Assembly (NCBI GenBank): GCA_964633405.1
Contig: CAZWFV010000003.1
Location: 1 to 36,879, forward strand
Reading direction: 5' to 3'
DNA: 36,879 nt
DNA from: an uncultured Candidatus Saccharibacteria bacterium
GTDB taxonomy: Bacteria; Patescibacteriota; Minisyncoccia; UBA6257; Colwellbacteraceae
Part shown: one piece after another, positions 8,377-16,978 of the stretch
Numbering within the stretch: position 1 is the first letter of the stretch
Layout of the letters: each line of letters begins with the position of its first letter
Translations under genes and position numbers: made by a program
The notes under the pieces: model-generated
Database searches by the model: none
What the model saw: the letters and a program-made list of their open reading frames with translations, nothing else
What the model was told of the DNA's origin: nothing

Positions 8377-10155
8377 TTATATCTCTATAACCACCGGGAG
8401 GATCATCGGGCGGCGGGAGGTCTGGGCCCATATGAGCTGGCCTATCTGGTCACGGAAGACGGCCTTCAGGTAGTCGGAATCTATCTCTCGGCCGCGCGGC
8501 AGGCGGCCGATTATACCCTTTACCTTCTGCCTTATCTCGTCGAGCAGCCTCTGATTGTCGCGCAGGTATATAAAACCCCTGGAGACTATGTCCGGGTTCT
8601 TGATTAGTCTTCCCGTCTTGCGGTCGATGGTCACGATCATGACCAACATGCCTTCCTGGGAGAGGATGATGCGGTCACGGAGCACAACTTCGCCGATATT
8701 CCCGACGTTAAATCCGTCGACCATGACGTAGTTGGCCGGCACCTCTTCCTCGCTGATCACGAAGCCGTCCTTAGTAAGGAATGCAACCTGGCCGTTGTCC
8801 ATCAATCTGATGTTCTCCGGCGACAGTCCGCCCCTCACCGCATTCTCGCCGTTGGCCGCACGCATGTAGTAATAGCCGTGGACTGGCACGAAGAATTTTG
8901 GTTTCAGGAGGCTAACAACCATGGTCAGATCGTCACTGGGGGCGTGGCCGCTGGCGTGAATGTCGATGAGGCTCGAGGTATAGACCTTCGCCTGTTGCCT
9001 GGACAAGTTGTCCTTCAGGGTCTGTATACTCCTTTCGTTCCCGGGGATCACCGAGGAGGAGAATATGACCGTGTCCCCGGCCTTCAGTTTTATATATTTG
9101 TGTTCGCCGTTCACTATCTTCATCAACCCGGCGCTAGATTCGCCTTGGGCCCCGGTTGTGATTATCATCACCTTGTCGTCTTTGTATTTGGAGACCTCTT
9201 CGGCGGTTATTAAAGTTCCCTTTTTCGCCTTCAGGTAACCGAGATTCTGGGAGATCTGGATGTTGTCCTTCATCGAGCGGCCGTTTATGGCCACCTTGCG
9301 GCCGAGCTTCTCGGCGATCTTTATCATCTCGGCTATGCGGGTGAGCATCGAGGAGAATGTGGTGATAATGATCCGTCCCTTGGCTTCTTTGAACAGCGCT
9401 TCGAGGTTCTTCTCGACCGTGCGTTCGGATATACTGTGCCCCGGCTCAGTGGCATTGGTGCTGTCGCAGAGGAAGGTGTGTACCCCTGCCTTGCCGATAT
9501 CGGAGATGACATCCAGGTTCTGCGGTTTACCGTCCTCGGTGTAGTCGATCCTGAAGTCGCCGAAGTGCACGATATTGCCGATGGGTGTCTTGATGGTCAC
9601 GCCCAGGGAATCGGGGATAGTATGCTCGATATTGAAGAATTCCAGGTCGAAGTACTTGCTTAGCTTGACCTTATCTCCATGAGCCACGCTGATCACATGC
9701 AGTTTTGGGGAGTTTGTGAACTCATCCTCGCGCCTTTCGATGATGCCCTTGGTGAGCTTGGCGGTGTAAATGGTCGGATTGCCGATCCTGCCGATGAGAT
9801 AGGGAATAGCGCCGATGTGATCGTAGTGACCATGGGTCAGGATCACGGCTTTAATTTTATCCTTACGCGGCTCAAGATAGCTTACGTTGGGAATGATATA
9901 GTCGATGCCCGGCGTATCTTCCTCCGGGAATTGCAGCCCCATGTCGATGACGATTATCTCATCGCGATATTCGACCAGGGTCATATTGCGGCCTATCTCC
10001 TCCAGTCCGCCCAGTGGAATCAGGCGCACGGCATTATCGGGCGTAGGCCCGGCCTTTCTGTGCTCTTGGACCTGTCCTTCTGGTTTAACGTGCGGCGACA
10101 TGCGGATAATCTGCATTCGCGGCATAGTTGAGTTGCGTTTTGTACGCGGTGTCAT
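8377..10155 (-). CDS. rnj: Ribonuclease J
   Basis: PLGGLEEIGRNM, THGHYDHIG, IHASGHA, PVHG, RRPMILPVVIEI. Start moved to ATG 10155 because the longer ORF runs through the tRNA. Confidence 0.95.
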   Translation of the reverse strand: MTPRTKRNSTMPRMQIIRMSPHVKPEGQVQEHRKAGPTPDNAVRLIPLGGLEEIGRNMTLVEYRDEIIVIDMGLQFPEEDTPGIDYIIPNVSYLEPRKDKIKAVILTHGHYDHIGAIPYLIGRIGNPTIYTAKLTKGIIERREDEFTNSPKLHVISVAHGDKVKLSKYFDLEFFNIEHTIPDSLGVTIKTPIGNIVHFGDFRIDYTEDGKPQNLDVISDIGKAGVHTFLCDSTNATEPGHSISERTVEKNLEALFKEAKGRIIITTFSSMLTRIAEMIKIAEKLGRKVAINGRSMKDNIQISQNLGYLKAKKGTLITAEEVSKYKDDKVMIITTGAQGESSAGLMKIVNGEHKYIKLKAGDTVIFSSSVIPGNERSIQTLKDNLSRQQAKVYTSSLIDIHASGHAPSDDLTMVVSLLKPKFFVPVHGYYYMRAANGENAVRGGLSPENIRLMDNGQVAFLTKDGFVISEEEVPANYVMVDGFNVGNIGEVVLRDRIILSQEGMLVMIVTIDRKTGRLIKNPDIVSRGFIYLRDNQRLLDEIRQKVKGIIGRLPRGREIDSDYLKAVFRDQIGQLIWAQTSRRPMILPVVIEI

Positions 10156-10185
10156 ATTTATTTTTCTGCTTATATTTATCTGATG

Positions 10186-10269
10186 TGCGGACGGAGAGAT
10201 TTGAACTCTCACGACCTTGCGGTCACAGGCTCCTGAAGCCTGCGCGTCTGCCGGTTCCGCCACGTCCGC
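10186..10269 (-). tRNA. tRNA-Leu(CAG)
   Basis: GCGGACG...CGUCCGC-A acceptor stem; anticodon arm CAGGC-UUCAGGA-GCCUG; long variable arm; T loop UUCAAAU; CCA not encoded. Confidence 0.96.
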
Positions 10270-10272
10270 AAG

Positions 10273-11184
10273 CTATTTCTTCACCCAGGCTTTTAAGGTA
10301 TCGATGCTGCGTATCTCCTGGGGGGTTCTCCTCTTCGACAGCGCCAGCTTTGTGGCGACACTCTCACCTAAGTAGACACCTCCCCAGAAGCGTTCAAACC
10401 CGGTCTTACCCCGCAGTCTGACGATTAACGTTCTTCCGCCCAATTTTCTTATCAGCTTACCGGTCAGAGCGACCCTCTTTTTAATATAGCTTAGTTCGCT
10501 CGGGTCCTCTATAAATATCACGCGGAACGGGGTTGACCGGCTTTCGAAACCGACAATCTCGTTGTGATCCAATTCCGGAAGCTGGTTTATAAACGCGGGA
10601 GTCTTGGCCGTCTCGTTAAGCCATATCTTCCAGATGTACGCAAGAGATTTAAGCTTGCCGGAAGTATACACCAAGGGAATCTTTCCGTCAATGAACTTAA
10701 GCATCTCGATCACGTCCTGCTTCTTAGCCGGGCTGGGTACAGGCAATCTCTTTGAGGAAATTCCGGAAAGGTTGATTATCCTTGCCAGTCCCTCGAACAT
10801 CGGATTGAGGGCGAAGCGAGGCACCATGTTGCCCTTGTCGAAAGTCATCAGCGGGACCAGATGCGACTCGGCGATCCTTCCCAACTCCCCGCCGCCGGTC
10901 AGTACGGCAACTTTATACCTCATTCTGATCGCGGTCTTTAGCGCGCTTATCGTCTCAGCGGTGTCGCCCGAGAACGATACACATACGCAGAGAGTATTTT
11001 TCGTCCCGTGCGGGGGGAGATTATAATCCTTCCAGATGACTATCGGTATCTTTATGCCGAACTCGTCGCGGAACGAATTGAGTATCTCTCCGGGCAGGCC
11101 GGATCCGCCCATACCGCATATGAAGAGCTGATCGGGCTTCGCCCCTCTTAATTTCTCAAAGCGTTTTATCGAATATTTGTTCAT
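10273..11184 (-). CDS. Bifunctional phosphoglucose/phosphomannose isomerase (SIS domain)
   Basis: ICGMGGSG, SFSGDTAET, NETAKTPA, PELDHNEI. Start at ATG 11184. Confidence 0.88.
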   Translation of the reverse strand: MNKYSIKRFEKLRGAKPDQLFICGMGGSGLPGEILNSFRDEFGIKIPIVIWKDYNLPPHGTKNTLCVCVSFSGDTAETISALKTAIRMRYKVAVLTGGGELGRIAESHLVPLMTFDKGNMVPRFALNPMFEGLARIINLSGISSKRLPVPSPAKKQDVIEMLKFIDGKIPLVYTSGKLKSLAYIWKIWLNETAKTPAFINQLPELDHNEIVGFESRSTPFRVIFIEDPSELSYIKKRVALTGKLIRKLGGRTLIVRLRGKTGFERFWGGVYLGESVATKLALSKRRTPQEIRSIDTLKAWVKK

Positions 11185-11189
11185 ACTGC

Positions 11190-12758
11190 CTATTTGAAGA
11201 CCCTCTTCGTTTCTATATACCAATTGGTTACGTCGGAGAAGCGATCGGAGGCGACGGAGATGTACTTATCGGCGCTGAACCCGCCCAGAGTCGGCGTCGC
11301 TATATAAAGATAGTCTGGGGAATACAGGAATATCGCCGGTATGTCGCTCGCAATATCATTACTTATCGTACTAAGGAGCTGGGCTCGCTGGGTTGTATCG
11401 AAACTGCTTCGATATTGCTCAAGGGCGGTATCGACTGTCTTATTATCGTACAGCGACAGGTTCTGATCGGGGTAGAACCTTTGGGAGGAATGCCAGAAGG
11501 CGAAAAGGTCCTGGCTGGAATCCGTTATGTTGCCAAACAGCAATAGGGAATAATCCGAGTTCTTGAGCGTATCTTCCTGGATTGTCTCCGTAGGCAGGAC
11601 GTTGAGGGTGACGTTAACTCCAGCCCCCTGCCACTCCTTCTGTATTATATTAGCTGTGTCCACCAGGAACTGGTTATCGGGGACGGTCAGCTGCAGTGAC
11701 AGACCCTGCAGGACCGTCGGGTCATAGTTCTGCACGGGATTCTGGGCCAGCGCGGTCGGTCCGTAGAGTACCTGGCCGTGGCCGCCCAGCACATTGTTGA
11801 CCAGAGCGGCGCGGTCGATGAGTCCGGACAGAGCCGAACGCACCTTGATGTCCTGCAACTGCGTGGGTGCCGTGGACGGATTTATGAAGATTGCGTAATA
11901 ACGGTACGAGTTCAGATAATAGGAATTGTAACGCACCATCAGCTTCGATATCGCCGGATTGTAGGTGGACAGACCGAACGAATCTATAGCCCCGATATTA
12001 TAGGCGTCGACCATGCCCTGCGGATCGGGATAGAATTTAAAAACCAGCGTGGAGATGTTCGGAACCGGGCCGAAGTAGCGCTGATTGGCCGAGAGGGTGA
12101 GCGAAGTGATCGTGCCGTCGGAGGCGGTGGTGTAATCTTGGGCTATGTATGGTCCGGAACCTATGGGTTTGAGGCTGTAGCTGGAAAGATGCCAGTTCTG
12201 CACGGGTATGCCTGCGAAAAGGTGCTTGGGTATGATCAGCAGGTTCTGGAGTTGGTTCTCCTGGAAGAAAGCGTATGGCGCCGGCAGAGAGAAGGTCAGC
12301 TCGAGCTCGCTTACCCTGGATACCTGCACGCCCTCGAAGCTGCGATAGAGAGGAGAGCCGCTGTTCGGGTCCTGTATCGCTTGGACGGTGAATATTACGT
12401 CATCGGCGGTCAGTTTTTGTCCGTCGCTCCAAAATACATTCTGCTTCAGGTGGACGGTGTAGGTGTGGTCGTCCGGAGAGAGGGTTATACTGTCGGCTAC
12501 GTCGTTAACACTCGAGTATACCAGCCGCGATATGTCGCGGTCGGCTTCGGTAACCGGCACCACCGGGTTGATCAGCACCGGCTGGCTGGCCATGCCTTCG
12601 CGCAAAGTGCCGCCGACATCGCCGACCAAATAACTGTTGGATCGCACATACAGCACGGACAGCGATACTCCGGAGACGACTATTGCGGCAATCGCCGCAC
12701 AGAACGCGAGGCGTTCTCGCTTCGTCATGGCTCGGATTATCGCTAATAAGCGTTTCAT
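11190..12758 (-). CDS. ABC transporter substrate-binding protein, family 5 (OppA/DppA-like), N-terminally anchored
   Basis: N-terminal TM; WSDGQKLTADDVIFT, PIGSGPY, DIPAIFLY motifs. Confidence 0.88.
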   Translation of the reverse strand: MKRLLAIIRAMTKRERLAFCAAIAAIVVSGVSLSVLYVRSNSYLVGDVGGTLREGMASQPVLINPVVPVTEADRDISRLVYSSVNDVADSITLSPDDHTYTVHLKQNVFWSDGQKLTADDVIFTVQAIQDPNSGSPLYRSFEGVQVSRVSELELTFSLPAPYAFFQENQLQNLLIIPKHLFAGIPVQNWHLSSYSLKPIGSGPYIAQDYTTASDGTITSLTLSANQRYFGPVPNISTLVFKFYPDPQGMVDAYNIGAIDSFGLSTYNPAISKLMVRYNSYYLNSYRYYAIFINPSTAPTQLQDIKVRSALSGLIDRAALVNNVLGGHGQVLYGPTALAQNPVQNYDPTVLQGLSLQLTVPDNQFLVDTANIIQKEWQGAGVNVTLNVLPTETIQEDTLKNSDYSLLLFGNITDSSQDLFAFWHSSQRFYPDQNLSLYDNKTVDTALEQYRSSFDTTQRAQLLSTISNDIASDIPAIFLYSPDYLYIATPTLGGFSADKYISVASDRFSDVTNWYIETKRVFK

Positions 12759-12799
12759 CTACCGTGATTCGATCGGGACAGCCAACAGGCCATCGGTTA

Positions 12800-13021
12800 T
12801 TACGACTTTATCAGGTTCAGCACTGCTAACACAACGAAGACTACGGAGGCGACAATGGTCGCTATGAACAATATCTTCTCGACGCCGCGGCGAGCCTGAT
12901 AGACCCCACCCATGTCTCCGCCTCCGAACAGTCCGGACAGACCGGATTCCCTTTCCTGGAGCAGGACAAGCACGATGATCACTATGGCTAGGATAATTTG
13001 GGCGATATTTATATAACTCAT
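12800..13021 (-). CDS. secG: Preprotein translocase subunit SecG
   Basis: Two TMs; VLLQ...GLSGLFGG...RRGVEKILF. Confidence 0.92.
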   Translation of the reverse strand: MSYINIAQIILAIVIIVLVLLQERESGLSGLFGGGDMGGVYQARRGVEKILFIATIVASVVFVVLAVLNLIKS

Positions 13022-13037
13022 TTGTGATCTGAGCTGG

Positions 13038-13376
13038 TTAGATGATATGAACGGCTAAGTTAACTAAGGTCATGATGATCGTAGCATAGGCCAAAGAAAG
13101 AAGTCCACCAAAGCTCACCGTAGGCAGTATGCGCGTCAATATATATAGAGTGATCCCGTTGACCAGCAAACCAGCCAGGCCGAAGGTGATAAAGATAAGT
13201 GGGGACAGAAGCAGCTTGAGGATGGGGGCGATTATGAAATTTATTACAGTGAGGATAAAAGCGGCCAGGATCAGCCCCTCCAGGGTAAAGGGCACATGTG
13301 CGCCGGGAACATAGCGACCCACCAGGTACAATCCTGCGCCGTTTGCGACTATGCCGACTATAGTTTTACCTATCAT
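13038..13376 (-). CDS. Phage-holin-family (YvlD-like, 4-TM) membrane protein
   Basis: INFIIAPILKLLLSPLIFITFGLAGLLVNG signature. Start placed at ATG 13376. Confidence 0.8.
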   Translation of the reverse strand: MIGKTIVGIVANGAGLYLVGRYVPGAHVPFTLEGLILAAFILTVINFIIAPILKLLLSPLIFITFGLAGLLVNGITLYILTRILPTVSFGGLLSLAYATIIMTLVNLAVHII

Positions 13377-13421
13377 CTCTCGTTCACTCAGCTTATACCA
13401 TACGCTTTTCCTCGGCAATTA

Positions 13422-14972
13422 TTAGTTATCGAATATCAGCGATCTCACTATACTTATCCCGGTCATCTCCTGCGGCTTCGGTATGCCCAATATCTCCAGT
13501 ATGGAAGGGGCCACGTCCGACAGGACACCGGCGCTCTGGGCCTCTCCGTTATCTATATCGAAGTCATCGCGCGGCCTTTCCCATTCTCTGGCTACCAGAT
13601 AGATGGGCACGGGGCTGTCGTTATGCCTCGTGTCGACCACGCCGGTCATCGGGTCCAGCATTCTTTCCACGTTGCCGTGGTCGGATGTTATCAAGAGCAC
13701 CCCGTCGGCGGCGTACGCCGCCTTAACCAATTCGGCTATCTGGGCGTCGACTATCTTTATGGCCTTGACCGCGGAATCGAATTTCCCGGTATGGGCTATT
13801 ATGTCCGGGTTGGCATAATTGATGAGAATGAAATCGTAGGCTCGCTCGCCTATGGCCGATACAGCCCGTGAGGTTATCTCCGGGGCCATCAGCTCAGGGA
13901 AGTCTTCGGGGCGGGCGGCGCTGCGCGACGGGATCACGGCGCGGTATTCGTTCTTGAAGGGCGGCTCGCGGTATCCGTTGAAATAATAGGTGACGTGGGC
14001 ATACCTTTCCGACTCGGCCAGGCGCAGCTGGACCCGTCCGTTGTCGGCAAGGACCCTGCCCAGCGGATTGTCTATCTTCTCCTGGGGAAAGGCCGTGGGC
14101 AGGTTGAACTTATTGCTATAGCGCGTAAACGTTGTCAGCAACACATCGGGGATATTGGAGGCGATGAACATCTCGGTCAATTGACGCATGCTGTCTTCGC
14201 GGAAATTGAAAAAGATCACGCTGTCGCCATTCTTTACCGCCCCATCCTCGATCAGTAGAGCCGGTTCGACGAACTCGTCGGTCAGGCCGTTCGCGTAGAA
14301 TCCGGACACGTAATCCTGGGCCGTTTTGCCGAAGGAACGCGTTGTCGATTTGGCTGCGGTTATAGCCTCGTACGCCCGCGCAGTGCGGTCGGTGTGCATA
14401 TCGCGGTCCATCCCGAAGTACCTGCCGGCGATGCTCGCTATGCGCAGGCCCCGGTTTCCCGAGGTTAGTTTGTTCAGTAGGGGAACTGCGCCTTCCTGCG
14501 GGCTGTCTACGCCGTCGGTGAACAGATGCAGGTTAAGTCGCTCGCTAGCCACGCCTTCCTGCCCGACCAGTCGGATCAGGGCCTGGAGATGTTCTAACGA
14601 GGCGTGGACATTGCCGTCGGTCAGCAATCCCACCAGATGCAGGCGCGAATTATTGTGTACGGCGTGATTGATCGCTGAGAGCAGTATCGGGTTCTTGAAG
14701 AAGATTCCGTTCCTGATCGAGAGAGTTATTCTGGGGAAAGACTGATAGATGACTTTCCCGGCGCCCAGGGTGAGATGCCCCACTTCAGAGTTGCCCTCTT
14801 CCTCCCAGGGCAACCCTACGGCTATTCCCGAGGCTTGAAGCGATCCGCTGGGATGGTTGTGTTTTATCCATTCAATAGTCTGGGGTTTGGCAACATGGAT
14901 GGGATTTGACCCGTCCTTACGTCCTATACCCCATCCATCCAAGATGACCATAACCACGGTACGCCGGTTCAT
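13422..14972 (-). CDS. gpmI: 2,3-bisphosphoglycerate-independent phosphoglycerate mutase
   Basis: ILDGWG, GNSEVGH, GRYFGMDRD, ITSDHGNVE. Confidence 0.96.
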   Translation of the reverse strand: MNRRTVVMVILDGWGIGRKDGSNPIHVAKPQTIEWIKHNHPSGSLQASGIAVGLPWEEEGNSEVGHLTLGAGKVIYQSFPRITLSIRNGIFFKNPILLSAINHAVHNNSRLHLVGLLTDGNVHASLEHLQALIRLVGQEGVASERLNLHLFTDGVDSPQEGAVPLLNKLTSGNRGLRIASIAGRYFGMDRDMHTDRTARAYEAITAAKSTTRSFGKTAQDYVSGFYANGLTDEFVEPALLIEDGAVKNGDSVIFFNFREDSMRQLTEMFIASNIPDVLLTTFTRYSNKFNLPTAFPQEKIDNPLGRVLADNGRVQLRLAESERYAHVTYYFNGYREPPFKNEYRAVIPSRSAARPEDFPELMAPEITSRAVSAIGERAYDFILINYANPDIIAHTGKFDSAVKAIKIVDAQIAELVKAAYAADGVLLITSDHGNVERMLDPMTGVVDTRHNDSPVPIYLVAREWERPRDDFDIDNGEAQSAGVLSDVAPSILEILGIPKPQEMTGISIVRSLIFDN

Positions 14973-15740
14973 TATCCCTATTTTATGCCTATAGCCGGTT
15001 TAAGTCATTCGATCTATAAGTTTATCTGCTATCGGCAATAGACGTAGTGTGCCTGTGCCGCGCAGTGCGGTCGGTGTGCATATCGCGGTCCATCCCGAAG
15101 TACCTGCCGGCGATGCTCGCTATGCGCAGGCCCCGGTTTCCCGAGGTTAGTTTGTTCAGTAGGGGAACTGCGCCTTCCTGCGGGCTGTCTACGCCGTCGG
15201 TGAACAGATGCAGGTTAAGTCGCTCGCTAGCCACGCCTTCCTGCCCGACCAGTCGGATCAGGGCCTGGAGATGTTCTAACGAGGCGTGGACATTGCCGTC
15301 GGTCAGCAATCCCACCAGATGCAGGCGCGAATTATTGTGTACGGCGTGATTGATCGCTGAGAGCAGTATCGGGTTCTTGAAGAAGATTCCGTTCCTGATC
15401 GAGAGAGTTATTCTGGGGAAAGACTGATAGATGACTTTCCCGGCGCCCAGGGTGAGATGCCCCACTTCAGAGTTGCCCTCTTCCTCCCAGGGCAACCCTA
15501 CGGCTATTCCCGAGGCTTGAAGCGATCCGCTGGGATGGTTGTGTTTTATCCATTCAATAGTCTGGGGTTTGGCAACATGGATGGGATTTGACCCGTCCTT
15601 ACGTCCTATACCCCATCCATCCAAGATGACCATAACCACGGTACGCCGGTTCATTATCCCTATTTTATGCCTATAGCCGGTTTAAGTCATTCGATCTATA
15701 AGTTTATCTGCTATCGGCAATAGACGTAGTGTGCCTGTGC
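14376..15740. repeat. Tandem direct duplication, 682-bp unit (14376-15057 / 15058-15739)
   Basis: Identical by eye at offset 682; one shared C at the junction. Confidence 0.95.
15022..15654 (-). pseudogene. gpmI: Truncated duplicate 5' part of gpmI
   Basis: First ~199 aa identical to gpmI, then reads into intergenic DNA and stops. Confidence 0.85.
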
Positions 15741-15751
15741 GAGACTCCAGT

Positions 15752-15781
15752 TTGACAGCATTGCCGATTGGATAATATTCT
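15752..15781 (+). promoter_or_regulatory. Putative sigma70 promoter of the wHTH gene
   Basis: TTGACA (15752-15757), 18 bp, TATTCT (15776-15781), 8 nt before ATG 15790. Confidence 0.55.
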
Positions 15782-15789
15782 TTGTACCG

Positions 15790-16560
15790 ATGGATAAGGC
15801 AAACAGCCTAAACGATGTCGCTGGCCACGCCCGGGAAATCTCCTTCGCTATCTTCCGCGTTGCCGCACTGATCGAGTGTCAGGGTCTGCGTAGCGCCCTG
15901 GAGTCGTCCGCCGTGGACCTGGCCCGCAAAGTCGTATCTCCAAGATCGGATATTCTTGTAACTATTGCCCAACTGGAGCAGATTGTACGTCTGTCCGAGG
16001 CGGTGGGAGAAATCAAACCGCTGAACAGCAAGATACTCCTTCGCGAGCTGTCCAAACTGAGATCGATGGTCGTTGATTCGGCCAGCGACGATCTAGGTCT
16101 GGAAAACATATTTGGCAAGGAAAAAATCGAGCCTAAGGCCCCGGTCAACGAAGGCGGTCAATCAATTCCCAAGAACGCCGATCGTATTCCAGTGGCGAAG
16201 TTCAAATCCGACATACCTGAGACTCCAGCTCCACCGAGATTCTCCAATCCGGTGCTGGATATCGGTCAGGCACCCAATCGGCAATCGGTAATATTACAGT
16301 TTGTAAAGGGATTGCCGAATGGTTGCCGAATGAAAGACTTAATGGAGAGATTTCCCAGCGTAAGCGAAAGGACACTGAGGAATGACCTGCAAACGCTCAT
16401 TTCCAAGGGGATTTTGGAGCGATTCGGCGCCGTCCAAGGACCTTTCAGCTACTACAGGGTCAAAAACAACAGCCGATCGGAGGGTATAGAGAGGGCGCCT
16501 GTAGCCTCGGCCGGATCGACCTCCGGGGGAGTAACGAAAAGCCAAATAATCGCGTTATAA
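15790..16560 (+). CDS. Protein with helical N-terminal domain, disordered linker and C-terminal DeoR-like winged HTH
   Basis: RQSVILQFV...RMKDLMERFPSVSERTLRNDLQTLISKGILERFG is a typical wHTH pattern. Confidence 0.8.
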   Translation: MDKANSLNDVAGHAREISFAIFRVAALIECQGLRSALESSAVDLARKVVSPRSDILVTIAQLEQIVRLSEAVGEIKPLNSKILLRELSKLRSMVVDSASDDLGLENIFGKEKIEPKAPVNEGGQSIPKNADRIPVAKFKSDIPETPAPPRFSNPVLDIGQAPNRQSVILQFVKGLPNGCRMKDLMERFPSVSERTLRNDLQTLISKGILERFGAVQGPFSYYRVKNNSRSEGIERAPVASAGSTSGGVTKSQIIAL

Positions 16561-16623
16561 CCTAATGCAGAGTCGGCCTCTGTTGGACGGGTCGTTGCCG
16601 CGCATAATTCACAATTAATTACG

Positions 16624-16652
16624 TTGCAAGGCCTAGCCACGTACACTATAAT
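16624..16652 (+). promoter_or_regulatory. Near-consensus sigma70 promoter of the surface-protein gene
   Basis: TTGCAA (16624-16629), 17 bp, TATAAT (16647-16652). Confidence 0.8.
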
Positions 16653-16659
16653 TTTATAA

Positions 16660-16978
16660 GGCTTGTGTGAGGCGAGCCGATCATGTTTGTGTAAGCCGAG
16701 ACCGCTTTTGCGGTCGTAATCGCCTCACTCCCAAGTGGGGCTTTTAAGTTGAACTTAAGTGGTCAGCCATAAGCCCGATTAACAAGTTTCTAGGATTATC
16801 TGCGGCCATTGGTCAGCCGACACCTCACGAGTACGGAGACCGGTCGATGGTGACGCAAGCGGATAGTCTTCCGGAAGAACCTCGTTTCTTCTGTATATTC
16901 GGTCGAAGCAGCAGCTACGACCGGATGGAAGATACAAGGGTCGAAAACAATTGAAATCAAAAGACAAATAAAAGTCGA
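16660..16978 (+). ncRNA. Putative structured 5' leader RNA, no family recognised
   Basis: Starts about 7 nt after the -10 box; several nested helices with G.U pairs (see findings). Confidence 0.6.

Noticed and set aside
10156-10263. Extended N-terminus of RNase J
   Set aside because: It is a translation through tRNA-Leu.
11778-12746. 322-aa plus-strand ORF
   Set aside because: Antisense shadow of the SBP gene with no recognisable motifs. The same applies to 4002..4715, 6470..7087, 29611..30459 and the other nested ORFs.
13038-13376. Holin-family gene as evidence of a prophage
   Set aside because: Sits among housekeeping genes with no phage genes nearby; this family is commonly chromosomal.
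16660-16978. Leader as RNase P RNA, SRP RNA, T-box or a common riboswitch, or as the short minus-strand ORF 16779..16967
   Set aside because: Signature sequences were not seen by eye (no GAGGAAAGUCC, no complete SRP motif, no T-box), and the ORF has no protein-like features. An Rfam search is still needed.
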